Of a stretch of 64,000 nt of DNA, positions 18,972 through 30,837 are shown in pieces. Within the stretch, counting starts at the first letter, position 1; every line of letters begins with the position of its first letter. This DNA is from Candidatus Poribacteria bacterium (lineage in GTDB: Bacteria; Poribacteria; WGA-4E; WGA-3G): assembly GCA_965198235.1 (NCBI GenBank), contig OZ240248.1:2656001-2720000 (forward strand). Reading direction: 5' to 3'. The notes below the pieces were generated by a model. That model made no database searches. It saw only the letters and a program-made list of their open reading frames with translations, and was not told the origin of the DNA. A program made the position numbers and the translations under genes.

Positions 18972-20645
18972 TTAGGAAGGCATCCACGTCCGTGGTGCAA
19001 TCCCTTCCACATGCGTTTTCACATCCACGACCGCCGGTCTCCCGGAATCAAGTGCCTGATCCAGTGCGCCCGCGAATTCACTCGGTTTGTTGACCCTAAT
19101 TCCGAGGCATCCCATCGATTCTGCCATCTTAGCGAAGTCCGCATCTGGGAACAACCAGAGTTCGTCGGAACCGGAGGTCCGACCACCGTAAACCGACTCA
19201 ACACCACCCTGCTCCTGATTCAGTGAGTGGTTGTTGTTCACAACGATAACAGCGTTAATCCCGGACTTCATTGCCGTGTCGAGTTCAGCTATATGATACC
19301 AGATACCGCCGTCGCCTGTGAAACAGACCACCGGTCTATCGGGTTGCGCGCACTTTGCACCCATCGCCGCGGGAAGTCCCCATCCCAACGAACCTGAACA
19401 ACGTATGAAGCTCTGATCGGGATGTTTAAAATCGATCATCGTGCCGGTCCAGATGCCTGAATGTCCCGTGTCAGATACAAGGATCGCGTCTGACGGGAGA
19501 TAGTCTGTCAGTTCACGGCAGAGTCGTTCTGGTAGCATCGGCAACCGTTCCGAGTTCACTTTTTCACTGACATCCTCTTTCCAGTTTTTCACTAATTCCT
19601 GGATACGGCTAACCCATTCAGTACGCGGCTCGGCGGTTTCTGACGCTTCAAGCATCCGGCGCAGTGTGTTCCGCACATCTCCCTGCATTCCTAACTGAAT
19701 TGGATAATTCCGTCCCAGTTCATCTGGGTTAATATCGAGTTGTACAATCGGTGTCCCTTGTGGTGGAATCTTGTATCCGTTGGTTACCTGTCCGCCGGTA
19801 TGGCTTCCGATAAAGAAGACAAGGTCTGCTTCGCACACGGCTTGATTGGCGCACGCCCGTGAGTATGAACCGGGAGTCCCGACTGCCAGTGGATGGTCAC
19901 TCGGGAACATCGCCTTTGCATTCAGGGAGGTCGCTACCGGAATCGAGAGTTTCTCTGCCAATGCGACAAGTTCTGATCGGGCGTCTGAAGCCGTTACACC
20001 GCCACCTGCCACAATGATGGGGCGTTCCGCATCGGAGAGGATGCTGAGGGCTTCCGTTACCTTTTCTGCTTCTGCTTCTGGTCGGAACGGGGGTAATTGG
20101 GTAAATGACTCTTCAATGATTACTTCAAATTCACCCTCCCGATCAATAACCGACGTTCCCGCGATGCCTTCGAAATCGAGATGGGCAGGTCCTGGTGTCC
20201 CTGTTGTCGCAGCACGGAAAACTTGACGTAGATAGAAGGGCAACTGCTCCGGTGTCGCGACGTATGCACTGTATTTCGTAACAGCAGAAAATGGGTTGAC
20301 GTGATCTACCTCTTGATAGGCATGCCGTTGTTGATTGATTTGGTTTTCCTTGCCGGTAATCGCAATCACTGGTGAGCAAGCGAGATAGGCATCTTGTAGT
20401 CCGGCAGCGAGGTTCACGGCTCCGACTGATTGTGCCATACAGAGACTCGGACGACGGTTCACACGGGCATAAGCGTCAGCCATATACGCTGCTGCTTTCT
20501 CACCGTGCGTCTGAACCCGCTTAATCCCGAGATTTTCCATCTCCATTAAAGCCCGCGGTCCGATATACGGCATAAAAAAAGCGTGGGTAATCCCATATCC
20601 GTGGACGGTTTCAGCAATAAATTTAGCACCTGTCATTTTCGGCAT
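18972..20645 (-). CDS. Thiamine pyrophosphate-dependent enzyme (acetolactate synthase-like)
   Basis: HGEKAAAYMADAYAR, GDGG..NN TPP-binding motif. Confidence 0.92.
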   Translation of the reverse strand: MPKMTGAKFIAETVHGYGITHAFFMPYIGPRALMEMENLGIKRVQTHGEKAAAYMADAYARVNRRPSLCMAQSVGAVNLAAGLQDAYLACSPVIAITGKENQINQQRHAYQEVDHVNPFSAVTKYSAYVATPEQLPFYLRQVFRAATTGTPGPAHLDFEGIAGTSVIDREGEFEVIIEESFTQLPPFRPEAEAEKVTEALSILSDAERPIIVAGGGVTASDARSELVALAEKLSIPVATSLNAKAMFPSDHPLAVGTPGSYSRACANQAVCEADLVFFIGSHTGGQVTNGYKIPPQGTPIVQLDINPDELGRNYPIQLGMQGDVRNTLRRMLEASETAEPRTEWVSRIQELVKNWKEDVSEKVNSERLPMLPERLCRELTDYLPSDAILVSDTGHSGIWTGTMIDFKHPDQSFIRCSGSLGWGLPAAMGAKCAQPDRPVVCFTGDGGIWYHIAELDTAMKSGINAVIVVNNNHSLNQEQGGVESVYGGRTSGSDELWLFPDADFAKMAESMGCLGIRVNKPSEFAGALDQALDSGRPAVVDVKTHVEGIAPRTWMPS

Positions 20646-20917
20646 AGTTCTTTCTCCTCTCTTTTCGAGTAGCTTGCAAGCGAAAACTTGCTATTAGAAG
20701 TCGGTGTGGTTTGCAACACGATGTGATATCCATTTTACCAGTTTTCGGCGTAACTTGCAAGTGTGAACTTGAAATCGGAATAAAGTTGGTAGCAAATCGC
20801 CAGAGGTGCTATGATTGTCTCACCGATTTTAAAGGCAAGTTTTGAAAGTCTCGAAACCAGACCAGAAATTTTCCATAAATGCGGAAATAAACCCGCTTCC
20901 GCAAGGGGGAAAGCACC

Positions 20918-21755
20918 ATGAAAAGGCTAAACTATCTCCTCTTATGCACGCTAACTATCGCTATATTTACCCACAATGCATATACAGAAACCGTAGTGAC
21001 AGATGGACTCGTGAGTTATTGGACGTTTGATCGGCAGGACATTGCGGGTGGCACAGTCAAAGATGTCTGGGGTGAGAATGATGGCACGATAGTCGGTGCT
21101 CCGAAAATTGTCGGCGGACAGGTCGGAGAAGCACTTGAATTTGATGGAAGTGATGATTATGTCAACTTGACAAACCTCGGCGATTTTGGAGGTCAAGTCG
21201 CCGCATCTACCTTTGAAGCTTGGGTTAAAACCGATTTCAAAAAGGATTGGACAACGCTTTTCAAGGTCCTCGATCAGGGATGCAATATGGCGTGGGCAAT
21301 CGATGTCAACCGGAGTGCAAAAGCAGGTTTTCCGTTGGCTGAGGATATCGTTCACTACTATGTCCGTCAGAAATCGCCGGCGGGATGTAACGCAATTGCT
21401 GTTGAGATCGAATTCGCTCTGTCGGATGGCAAATGGCACCACATCGTTTTTGCAATTGTAGACACCGGCAAGTCCGAGATCAGTATCTATATGGATGGTG
21501 AACCACAGGAAGTTATTGAAGGTGCTGTAAAGGATCTTGACACGTTTGTCCCGTTTGTGGAGCCTGTCTATATCGGCGCGGCAAACAATCGTCGAGCGAT
21601 TTTTCCCCGGTGTCATTGATGAAGTCCGCATTTATGATCGACCCCTCACAGCAGGCGAAGTGACCCGGAATTTTGAATCGAAAATCGGATTGTCTGTCCA
21701 AGCGGACGAGAAATTGCCTATTGTCTGGGCGACTCTCAAGACAATCTTAAAATGA
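20918..21755 (+). pseudogene. Secreted LamG protein, frameshifted near 21590
   Basis: First ORF ends ..GAANNR; the other frame continues VERFFPGVIDEVRIYDR..LSVQADEKLPIVWATLK. Confidence 0.85.
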
Positions 21756-21843
21756 TGGACAAAACGTCTTTAGAACGCCGAAATCTGTTTTTGAATTGCT
21801 ATTTCAGATGCCCGTTATTTCTCCGCAAGGAACAATTAAAAAT

Positions 21844-22629
21844 ATGCTAACACCTCACGAAAAATGGTTCTTCGATCACCACGGGTTCATTATCCTCCGC
21901 AAAGTCGTGCCACCCGAGGATATCGAGCGAATGATTCAGCTCGGTAACCAATGGCATGACACGCCCTTGGATGAGCTTCCGCCGCCGCTCACCTCTACGT
22001 CCCGAACTGGTGATACTTCCCCGACGATTGCACATTGGATTAATCATATCCAATACGGCGATCCCGTCTTTCAACGGCTTGTGCTTAACCGCGAGATTAT
22101 ACGGGTGATTATTGCCCTGACGCGGGGAACTCCCTGTCTCGTTGATTGCGCCTTGACGAAGAATTACAAAACCTCCGATGACATCCACTTCCATGCCTCC
22201 GGTCAAGATTATAGTGTTGACACCGCAGAACCTCGTGCGGGTTTCCTCAACGCTGGCACCTCCTTGGTGGATGTGCCAGCGGAAACAGGGTTCGTCTGTC
22301 TACCCGGAAGCCATAAGCGCAACTTTGAGCCACCCGATGCCCTCTCAATCTACGATGGGCCACCTACGGTTATCAACGTTCCTGTCAACGCTGGCGATTG
22401 TGTCGTCTTTACAGAAGCACTCTATCACGGCGGAAGACGCTGGACAGAATCCTATCCTCGATACACTATTTTTAACCGCTATATTGATAATGCATCACAC
22501 AATTCCCTTCCCATTGAAAGCCATAAACACCTGATTTCGGATGATGTTTATGAATTGGAACAGCCCGCAATCCAAGGACAACGAAAACGGATAGTAGAAC
22601 GTATCCTGAGTGAATTGGACACGCGTTGA
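21844..22629 (+). CDS. PhyH-family dioxygenase
   Basis: FDHHGFIIL, LPGSHK, AGDCVVFTEALYHG. Confidence 0.88.
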   Translation: MLTPHEKWFFDHHGFIILRKVVPPEDIERMIQLGNQWHDTPLDELPPPLTSTSRTGDTSPTIAHWINHIQYGDPVFQRLVLNREIIRVIIALTRGTPCLVDCALTKNYKTSDDIHFHASGQDYSVDTAEPRAGFLNAGTSLVDVPAETGFVCLPGSHKRNFEPPDALSIYDGPPTVINVPVNAGDCVVFTEALYHGGRRWTESYPRYTIFNRYIDNASHNSLPIESHKHLISDDVYELEQPAIQGQRKRIVERILSELDTR

Positions 22630-22638
22630 GGTTTTACC

Positions 22639-24780
22639 ATGCAAAAGCGTGAAACTGCCGAACAGAAGTCGTATCCACTGGGTGAACCGGGACAGATGGC
22701 GACATATCAACGTGAAAGCGGAGAATCACTACCGAACGCCGTTGTGAAGACGCTAACTGTAGTAATCGGTTCGGTTGAGGAAAAGACTGGCGTGTCGTCC
22801 CAGTGGATCTGTCTCCGTGCAACGAAAGCATCCGGTGAAAAATTCGCTGTCTGGTTGCTTGGCGAAAACGTACCGTCCGAGGATCTGAAGGTAGCCCGCG
22901 CTGCCACATCTCGCTACATCCTGCAGATCGGAGACGACATTCCCTTGGAATTCCGAGATAGGTTCACTGGAGAGCCTGTCCTACCCGGTCTCGGTACGTG
23001 GCAATATCTCTTCCCGAAATCTACGGACAAAACAGCGCAGAATAGTCTCTTCCCAGAAATAGCAAAATGCCTTGGTCATACCTATCGACTTACGCGTATA
23101 TCCGATTCAAGCGAATCTGCTGCACCACCGGAAGACACGCGGCTCCTTTCTCTCCGTCCCGATGTCCTCATCGGACCGCCCAGCAACACGAGACAGAGGG
23201 ATGAAACCCGTCGCTATGATATGTCTGATTACGAACTCCTCCCATTGACCGAAGTCGATTACGACGAGATGATTGAGGCGGGGATCAACTGTGTTCGCGT
23301 TGATACTGAACAGGTCGAATGGGTTAAAAATCGCAACGTTTTTTATTGGGGAATCGACGCGGCGACACTCGGCTATCCTGAGTGTTTATACCGAAGCAAC
23401 TACCTCGGTCCTGCTATTTTCATGGACGAACCCGCTGTCTGCACGCGGGACCACGTGCTTAGACCCAAGTTGGAAGCAGATGCTGATTTTCGGAAAGCCT
23501 TAACACCACAACTCGCATTTGAAGCGTTTCAAAACTACTTCCACACCGCTAAATACGATGGCGCACCCACGCGGCTATGCAAAGGCTTAGAGGCACACCC
23601 GGACGTAGATTTGGGAGATATGGAGTTTCTTCAGGAAAATCTATATACCTGGGACACCATCATCAGTTCAGCGGCGTATCAACTCTCAGAGGGAAACACC
23701 GAATCTCCTATCGCGATCGTTTTTGAGCCGCCCGGCAGAGTCGGAACAATGAGAACGCTACCTGAAATGAATATGGTTTACGGTTGCCAGATCCCGATAG
23801 ACAACCCGAAAAATCTTGCGAGTATCCTCTACGGCTTCCTTCGGGGTGCCGCCAGACAAACCGATAAAGGGTGGGGCATGAGTATCTACGGACAGGTCCA
23901 CCGTGCCGATGCCTTCTGGCTCCAGACACACGCTTACGATTTAGGTGCGCGGCATTTCCACTACTGGGATAACTATCAACTCGCCTGTGTGCCTTATAGT
24001 GAAATCCTGGCACTTTCACGAAATTTAAGTGCCCACGTCGAAAGCCATCCCGATAGGAATCTTGCCGAACTCCGCACGGCTGCTGAAATCGTTATCCTCC
24101 TACCACCCGGCTACAATCTCGGACATGTTGAGATGGGCAGGGGCAATCTCTGGGGGTTAGGAGAACTCAATTTAGAACGGCGTAATAGGGAAGGGGTCAA
24201 ATACCGCACCGTAATGCACAACTTTTTTACCGAAATTGAGAGAGCGATTCGACTCGGTGTTGCTTTCGACCTTATCTGGGATTTGGAAGGACTCAAATTG
24301 TCCAATTATCGAGAAGTCGTCCGCATCCGGGAAGACGGTAAGGTGGAGGTCCGTGAAGGTGAGGAGACGGGCTTACACGAAGGCGCGAGAACCCCAACCC
24401 GTCCAACCGGTATCCCTCCAACTCTGACAGTTGATGTGTCTATACCGCATGCCGAAACACCCCTCGAAGTCCGTGCCTGTGCCACTGTAACCGATGGATC
24501 TGCCTCTGTTTACTACACACGAGGCGCAGACGAAAGCGGTATCTACAATAATGAGATAGTGCTCTGGGAATTGTTCGGTCCAGGGGAGGAAGATTACCGT
24601 TTCCTGAACAGAGATCACTCCGAAATTCGCATCGATCAAACGGAATCGGTAGCCGAGGTGGAGATTCGTTTTAGTCTTAAACACCCTGGGAATTACCGTC
24701 TCCGAGCCGCAACCGTCGACATGGCAGGCCGTACGGCAGTCGTATGGAAAACCATTACTGTTTCCAGTAAGTATACCTAA
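22639..24780 (+). CDS. Hypothetical protein (713 aa)
   Basis: Long ORF with RBS GAGG; family not recognised. Confidence 0.8.
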   Translation: MQKRETAEQKSYPLGEPGQMATYQRESGESLPNAVVKTLTVVIGSVEEKTGVSSQWICLRATKASGEKFAVWLLGENVPSEDLKVARAATSRYILQIGDDIPLEFRDRFTGEPVLPGLGTWQYLFPKSTDKTAQNSLFPEIAKCLGHTYRLTRISDSSESAAPPEDTRLLSLRPDVLIGPPSNTRQRDETRRYDMSDYELLPLTEVDYDEMIEAGINCVRVDTEQVEWVKNRNVFYWGIDAATLGYPECLYRSNYLGPAIFMDEPAVCTRDHVLRPKLEADADFRKALTPQLAFEAFQNYFHTAKYDGAPTRLCKGLEAHPDVDLGDMEFLQENLYTWDTIISSAAYQLSEGNTESPIAIVFEPPGRVGTMRTLPEMNMVYGCQIPIDNPKNLASILYGFLRGAARQTDKGWGMSIYGQVHRADAFWLQTHAYDLGARHFHYWDNYQLACVPYSEILALSRNLSAHVESHPDRNLAELRTAAEIVILLPPGYNLGHVEMGRGNLWGLGELNLERRNREGVKYRTVMHNFFTEIERAIRLGVAFDLIWDLEGLKLSNYREVVRIREDGKVEVREGEETGLHEGARTPTRPTGIPPTLTVDVSIPHAETPLEVRACATVTDGSASVYYTRGADESGIYNNEIVLWELFGPGEEDYRFLNRDHSEIRIDQTESVAEVEIRFSLKHPGNYRLRAATVDMAGRTAVVWKTITVSSKYT

Positions 24781-25236
24781 TCTCGTAGGACTGTTGTCAA
24801 TACACCCTTTTCAATTTCCCATTTTATTTTTGGAATTCGGCTTAAATCTTGGATTTTATGCAACCTTTAGATCTTTAGACCCGCCTGCAAAACACTGAAT
24901 CTATCTGCTTTCAGAGGTGCCTTGTATAGAGGTGATACACTTTTCGGGCTTACTGACGGGATTTCTTATGTCCGTTTTGCGACATATATCACGTATTCTA
25001 CGACCTTCTAAGAAATGCGGTAAATGCGTCTGAATTAATCTGACTTAAAAATTCCAAATGTAGTATAATGACATATCGGAAGATATGAAGAACAAAACCG
25101 ATCTGGCACGTCCCTACGCATTCCTCAGTGAAGCAAAGTGGCATGCTTCTAACCCGGCGCGCAGGTTTAAACATTAAAATTCTTTCATCGTCTTAAAATT
25201 ACAAGCATACGTAAAATAAGTGAGGAGGAGCAAAAT

Positions 25237-26592
25237 TTGCACCACCGAAAACCGATTTTTTTGGCGCAGCTTGCAAGCCAAAACTTGCTTTACAAAAGTC
25301 GGCTATTCATCTGCCTTTTTCTGGTTGCCGTTCCTATGCACGCCATCGCTGGCGATTGGCCAACATGGCGGGGACCAAATCAGGATGGCACTTCTGCCGA
25401 AACCGGACTCATCTCGACTTGGTCGACCGAAGGTGAGAACCTTCTCTGGAAGGCAGAATTCATAGGGCGCTCTACACCGATCGTTCTCAACGACAGAGTC
25501 TACGTCATCGGGCGTGTCGGCAAAGATATCACCGAACAGGAACGTATCGCCTGCTTCGATGCAGAAACCGGCAAACTGGTCTGGAATTATCAATTCAACG
25601 TCTTTCATACCACTATCTCCTTCAACCGAGTCGGATGGACAAGCCTCGCTGGCGATCTCGAAACCGGAAATGTTTATGCACACGGTGTCCAAGGACTCTT
25701 CTTCTGTTTCGACAAGGATGGAAACATCCTCTGGTCGCGTTCGCTCACGGAAGAATATGGACGGATATCCGGTTATGGCGGACGGGTCCATACCCCTGTT
25801 ATCGCTGGCGACCTCGTCGTCATTAGTTATCTCAATTCTGGATGGGGTGACCAAGCCGCCACCCGCCACCGCTATTTTGCTTTCGACAAACGCACTGGCG
25901 AACTGATTTGGGTTTCAACTCCCGGCGGTAGACCGTTAGACACTACCTATTCCACACCAGTCGTCGCGAATATCAACGGACAGCAACTCATCATCGGTGG
26001 CAATGCTGATGGCGGCATTTACGCTATGAAACAGAGCACCGGAGAGATGGTCTGGGGATTTAAACTGAGTCAGCGTGGTATCAATACGTCCGTCATCGTT
26101 TCAGGCACGAAAGTCTATGCCACGCATAGCGAAGAGAATATAGATACTACCACGATGGGACGGGTCGTCTGTATTGACACAACCGGTACTGGGGATGTCA
26201 CCCAAACTCACGAACTTTGGCGATATGATGGCGTTAATGTCGGATACGCGTCTCCTACAATTCACGCAGGACACCTCTATGTTGTAGATAACTCCGCGAA
26301 CGTTCATGCCGTTAGTGCTGACACCGGTGAAACATACTGGGAACACAACATCGGTAAAGTCGGGAAAGGTTCCCCTGTCTGGGCAGATGGGAAACTCTAT
26401 GTCACCGAAGTCAATGGTGGCTTCACTATCCTTCAACCCAGCGAAGAGGGATGTGAGTCGCTAAGTGTTCAAGAGATAAGCCGAGCCAAAGATGAACACT
26501 ACGTCGAAATTTACGGTTCATCCGCTATTGCTGATGGACGTATCTATTTCACTACAGAGGAACACCTCTACTGTATCGGGGGGACAAAGTAA
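25237..26592 (+). CDS. Secreted PQQ-like (BamB-type) beta-propeller protein
   Basis: DWPTWRGP, repeated S/TP..G..Y and TG..W motifs; RBS AGGAGG. Confidence 0.88.
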   Translation: MHHRKPIFLAQLASQNLLYKSRLFICLFLVAVPMHAIAGDWPTWRGPNQDGTSAETGLISTWSTEGENLLWKAEFIGRSTPIVLNDRVYVIGRVGKDITEQERIACFDAETGKLVWNYQFNVFHTTISFNRVGWTSLAGDLETGNVYAHGVQGLFFCFDKDGNILWSRSLTEEYGRISGYGGRVHTPVIAGDLVVISYLNSGWGDQAATRHRYFAFDKRTGELIWVSTPGGRPLDTTYSTPVVANINGQQLIIGGNADGGIYAMKQSTGEMVWGFKLSQRGINTSVIVSGTKVYATHSEENIDTTTMGRVVCIDTTGTGDVTQTHELWRYDGVNVGYASPTIHAGHLYVVDNSANVHAVSADTGETYWEHNIGKVGKGSPVWADGKLYVTEVNGGFTILQPSEEGCESLSVQEISRAKDEHYVEIYGSSAIADGRIYFTTEEHLYCIGGTK

Positions 26593-27512
26593 TGAAAAAG
26601 TATATTCCAATTTACGCTATCCCGATTGTGTGCCTCCTCGTCATCGGTTGTGCCAGCAAAGAGATAGCACCAGAACCGGTTGAGATGAGCACGGCTCCTG
26701 CTGTTTCACTGTTGCTGACCCCCGCAGAAGTACTTACATCAGGCAACCCTGTTACGTTCAACGTCATCGGGTTCGATGCAGGCGGAAAACGGACGAGTGC
26801 GATTGATGCCGTAGAATGGATGAAAGTCGGCTTAACCGGTACCCTCCAAGACAACACATTCACACCCGATGAAAGTGCCGGGGCACACGCAGGCACAGTC
26901 ACTGCCCAATCCGGCGATATGAAAGCGACGGCTCGCATCCGCGTCATTCCATCACTCCCGTGGACAGAGGATTTTGAGACAATTGAACTTGAGAAGATAC
27001 CTACGCACTGGATTGGTGCGACCGGCAAATTCTTTGTGCGTGAAAAAGATGGTGGTAAAGTCTTAGTCAAAACGCCTGTCCAACGCGGCTTAAACCGCTC
27101 CAACGTCTATCTCGGTCCCTCAACAATGAAGAACTATCAGATTCAAGTTGACCTGATGGGAACCAGAAATAAGCGCAGACTGCCAGACCTGGGCTTAATT
27201 GCGAATCGTTACACATTGGATATGCAGGGCAGACACCAACGCTTGCAAATCCGTTCGTGGGCATCCGATTTACGCATGGCGAAAACAATCGACTTCGCGT
27301 GGGAGATGGATGTCTGGTATACAATGAAAATGATGGTAGAGGTTATGGAGGATAAAGCAGTAATTCACGGAAAGGTATGGCGCACCGGTGAACCTGAACC
27401 CACAGAATGGACGATTACTGCCGAAGACCCACTTCCAAATCGAGAGGGGAGCCCCGGCATCTACGGCTACTCCGCAACGGAAATCTATTACGACAATCTA
27501 AAAGTGTGGTAA
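26592..27512 (+). CDS. Lipoprotein with Ig-like and lectin-like domains
   Basis: Lipobox VIGC; start overlaps the upstream stop. Confidence 0.75.
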   Translation: MKKYIPIYAIPIVCLLVIGCASKEIAPEPVEMSTAPAVSLLLTPAEVLTSGNPVTFNVIGFDAGGKRTSAIDAVEWMKVGLTGTLQDNTFTPDESAGAHAGTVTAQSGDMKATARIRVIPSLPWTEDFETIELEKIPTHWIGATGKFFVREKDGGKVLVKTPVQRGLNRSNVYLGPSTMKNYQIQVDLMGTRNKRRLPDLGLIANRYTLDMQGRHQRLQIRSWASDLRMAKTIDFAWEMDVWYTMKMMVEVMEDKAVIHGKVWRTGEPEPTEWTITAEDPLPNREGSPGIYGYSATEIYYDNLKVW

Positions 27513-27573
27513 TCTTTTAATCGACACCACGCGCGAATATACAGACTGCGACGAAACAGAAGGAGTCGTTCAA

Positions 27574-29034
27574 TTGAAACCTTTTTGGAAATCCCGATTT
27601 ATCTACATCGCAAATCTTGCACTGCTACTCACTTTTGCCTCATCGGGAATCGGAGTTCCCTCCTACGCGGAAAAAGAGATTGCCTTGTGGGGCGGCACGT
27701 TAAGCCGGAACATGATATCCGATGAAATGAATATCCCCGGGAGTTGGGATCTGGAAACCGGCGAAAATATTAAATGGACAGCGGAACTCGGTTCCCAAAG
27801 TTACGCGGGACCGCTTGTCATCGGTGGCAAAGTCTTTGTCGGCACAAACAATAAAGCACTTCGCAACCCTAAACTCACTGGAGACCGCGGGGTCATCATG
27901 GCGTTTAACGAATCCGATGGCAAATTTCTCTGGCAAGCCACCCATACCAAACTTCCTTCAGGACGTGTTAACGACTGGCCCCTACAGGGAATCTGTTCCA
28001 CTCCGTTTATTGAAGGCGACCGACTCTACTACATCTCCAACCGTTGTGAAGTCGTCTGTATCGACACTGAAGCCTTCCTTGATGGCGAAAACGACGGTCC
28101 CTTTACCGAAGAAACAGAAACGAGCGAGATCGATGCCGACATCATCTGGAGCTACGACATGATGGATGAGTTGGATGTTTTTCCGCATAACCTTGCCACC
28201 TGTTCACCGCTTGCTGTCGGAGATATCCTCTTCTTGGAAACGAGCAACGGCGTTGATGAAGGACATATCCATATCCCTTCTCCCGACGCTCCGTCCTTCA
28301 TTGCCCTCAATAAACACACTGGCGAACTCGTGTGGGAAGATGCCTCGCCCGGCGAAAATATACTGCACGGGCAGTGGGCGAACCCCGCTTACGGTGTTGT
28401 CAACGGGGTCCCGCAGGTTATCATTCCCGGCGGCGATGGCTGGATTTATGCCTTTGAACCAGAAACGGGCAACATTATCTGGAAGTTTGACTGCAACCCC
28501 AAGGATTCCGTGTGGGAACTCGGTGGACGCGGCACTCGCAACAATATCATCTCAACCCCTGTCGTCTATGAAGACAAAGTCTTCGTCGCTGTCGGGCAGG
28601 ACCCGGAGCACGGCGAAGGCGTAGGGCATCTCTGGTGCATTGATGCCTCACAAACCGGTGATATTACCGAGACTGCTGACATCTGGCACTTCGGCGATGA
28701 ACAGTTCAATCGCACGATGTCCACTGTAGCCATCGCTGATGGGCTACTCTACATCTCGGATCTGAGCGGATTCCTTTACTGCTTAGATGTTAACACGGGG
28801 GACCCTTATTGGACGCATGATACCTTCGCCGCAATTTGGGGATCGCCTTATGTTGTAGACGGTAAGGTTTACCTCGGCGATGAGGATGGCGATGTTGTGA
28901 TTCTAAAGACAGGGAAAACGAAGCAGGTGCTGTTTGAAACCAATCTGGGCAGTGCTGTTTATACGACACCTGTAGCAAAGGACGGCGTGCTTTACATTGT
29001 GACCCGTAATATGCTGATTGCGATTTCAGAATAG
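27574..29034 (+). CDS. Secreted PQQ-like beta-propeller protein
   Basis: Signal peptide, ENIKW, TG..W repeats. Confidence 0.88.
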   Translation: MKPFWKSRFIYIANLALLLTFASSGIGVPSYAEKEIALWGGTLSRNMISDEMNIPGSWDLETGENIKWTAELGSQSYAGPLVIGGKVFVGTNNKALRNPKLTGDRGVIMAFNESDGKFLWQATHTKLPSGRVNDWPLQGICSTPFIEGDRLYYISNRCEVVCIDTEAFLDGENDGPFTEETETSEIDADIIWSYDMMDELDVFPHNLATCSPLAVGDILFLETSNGVDEGHIHIPSPDAPSFIALNKHTGELVWEDASPGENILHGQWANPAYGVVNGVPQVIIPGGDGWIYAFEPETGNIIWKFDCNPKDSVWELGGRGTRNNIISTPVVYEDKVFVAVGQDPEHGEGVGHLWCIDASQTGDITETADIWHFGDEQFNRTMSTVAIADGLLYISDLSGFLYCLDVNTGDPYWTHDTFAAIWGSPYVVDGKVYLGDEDGDVVILKTGKTKQVLFETNLGSAVYTTPVAKDGVLYIVTRNMLIAISE

Positions 29035-29094
29035 GAGACTGCTTAACACCAGAATCATTTGGAATCTATCTCATATCTTGAGAGGTACTATCAC

Positions 29095-29700
29095 ATGGCG
29101 TACAGCAACTTTACATTAGAAACAGTACGGGAGGCATTTAACATAGAAGAGGTTGATATCGCCGGACTTTTCTCTGATAGTGAGCCGATGGCTCCAAGTG
29201 AACTCCTCACTGCCGTGTTGGCGCGAAATATACCCCTAGCCACTGCTATTGGTACCGAGAAGGCGAAGTCAGAAATGATTGTCTCCGATGTGCTTGTCGA
29301 ACTTCGCGAGCAGTTAGACCTAAGCATTAGTCTTTTTTCTGGCATTGATTTCAACGTTAATGACGAGAACGGACTGATAGGCGTGTGTGATTTTCTGATC
29401 AGCCTGTCACCAGTCCAATTTGTGTTGGAAGCACCTGTGATCATTCTGGTTGAGGCCAAGAAAGATGATTTGGAGATCGGGCTCGGGCAGTGTGTCGCAG
29501 AGATGGTCGCCGCACAATACTTTAACGCCGAAAAGGGTAATGACATTCCGCGCATCTATGGGGCTACCACCTCAGGTAGAGAGTGGCGGTTCCTCAAATT
29601 GGAGGGGAAAAAACTCCACATTGACATGGCAGTCTACCAAATCGCACAATGCGACAAAGTCCTGGGTATCCTCGCAAGTATGGTAAAGCAAAAAGCATGA
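29095..29700 (+). CDS. PD-(D/E)xK-fold hypothetical protein (MAYSxFTL type)
   Basis: G.CDFLIS..VEAKK, GQC.AEM.AAQ, YGATTSG..WRFL. Confidence 0.75.
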   Translation: MAYSNFTLETVREAFNIEEVDIAGLFSDSEPMAPSELLTAVLARNIPLATAIGTEKAKSEMIVSDVLVELREQLDLSISLFSGIDFNVNDENGLIGVCDFLISLSPVQFVLEAPVIILVEAKKDDLEIGLGQCVAEMVAAQYFNAEKGNDIPRIYGATTSGREWRFLKLEGKKLHIDMAVYQIAQCDKVLGILASMVKQKA

Positions 29701-29736
29701 AGGGGGTAGGTACACTCCGCTGTGCTCTAACAAAAA

Positions 29737-30825
29737 ATGAACATTTTGAATCAAAATCTCTCCCCCAAAATTACCAACGCTCGAAAAGCACTCGATGCAC
29801 ACGTCCGGGAAATCGTCAAATGGCACTTCAGCCCAAAGACCGGCTGTCCGTTTTGGCTGGAATACGCAGAAAACCTCGGTTTTGATCCGAAAAAAGAAAT
29901 CGGTGGTTATGCCGACCTCAAGTGCCTCGGGCATTTTGAAGACGAATGGCTCCGCGGTGGACCTGTCCGACGTTGGGTGCCAAAAGCTTACGCCGATGAG
30001 CCAATTTATGTCTTTGAAACCGGTGGCTCGACAGGCGTGCCCAAGTCACGCATCAGTATTCGTGATTTTCACATTGATTATGAGCTGTTTAGTGAATCGC
30101 TTTCTGATGAAGGGTTTCCGACCGGTAGCGATTGGCTCATGTTGGGTCCGACGGGACCGCGACGCTTACGACTTGCTGTTGAGCATCTCGCCCAACATCG
30201 TGGCGGTATCTGTTTCCATGTAGACCTCGACCCGCGTTGGGTGAATCAACTCGTCCGTTACGGGAAAAATGAGGAATTGGACGCGTATAAAAACCATGTT
30301 ATCGGACAGGCACTCAACGTGCTCCGCGCCCATGAAAACGTTCAATGCCTCTTCACCACGCCGAAACTGTTGGAGGCGTTGTGTGAAAAAATTTCCTTGC
30401 CAAAGGTTGGTATTAAAGGTATCTTTTGTGGAGGCACCGAGATGGACGCGCAATTCCACCGTTTCGCACGCGAAGAACTCGTACCGGGTATCGATTTTAT
30501 CCCGACCTACGGCAATACCTTGATGGGATTAGCCGCCTGTAAACCTTTCAATCCGGCGGATAACTATGCTATAATCTATTATCCACCGTACCCGCGCGCT
30601 GTTATTGAACTCGTTAATCCGGAAAATCCAGAGGAACTTGTTGATTATGGCGAAACCGGACGTGTTATGCTCACGACCCTGACGCGAGAATTTTTCATGC
30701 CCCGTTTTCTGGAACGCGACGAAGCCGAACGCGCTGAACCGATTCCAGAATACCCTTGGGACGGCGTTGAAAACCTTCGCCTGCTCACAGAACTCCAAGA
30801 AAGCGTCGTCGTAGGTGTCTATTAA
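29737..30825 (+). CDS. EhpF/PaaK/LuxE-like adenylate-forming enzyme lacking the C-terminal subdomain
   Basis: P-loop FETGGSTGVPK, PTYGNT, ERD. Confidence 0.8.
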   Translation: MNILNQNLSPKITNARKALDAHVREIVKWHFSPKTGCPFWLEYAENLGFDPKKEIGGYADLKCLGHFEDEWLRGGPVRRWVPKAYADEPIYVFETGGSTGVPKSRISIRDFHIDYELFSESLSDEGFPTGSDWLMLGPTGPRRLRLAVEHLAQHRGGICFHVDLDPRWVNQLVRYGKNEELDAYKNHVIGQALNVLRAHENVQCLFTTPKLLEALCEKISLPKVGIKGIFCGGTEMDAQFHRFAREELVPGIDFIPTYGNTLMGLAACKPFNPADNYAIIYYPPYPRAVIELVNPENPEELVDYGETGRVMLTTLTREFFMPRFLERDEAERAEPIPEYPWDGVENLRLLTELQESVVVGVY

Positions 30826-30837
30826 TCATTTTTATCA

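Noticed and set aside
24781-25236. Riboswitch, ncRNA or sigma54 site in a long intergenic region
   Set aside because: No motif recognised, and the TGGCAC..GC spacing near 25105 is off by one. An Rfam search would be needed.
26585-26600. Frameshift or recoding between the propeller and lipoprotein genes
   Set aside because: The downstream ORF has its own lipoprotein signal peptide; this is an ordinary TAATG overlap.
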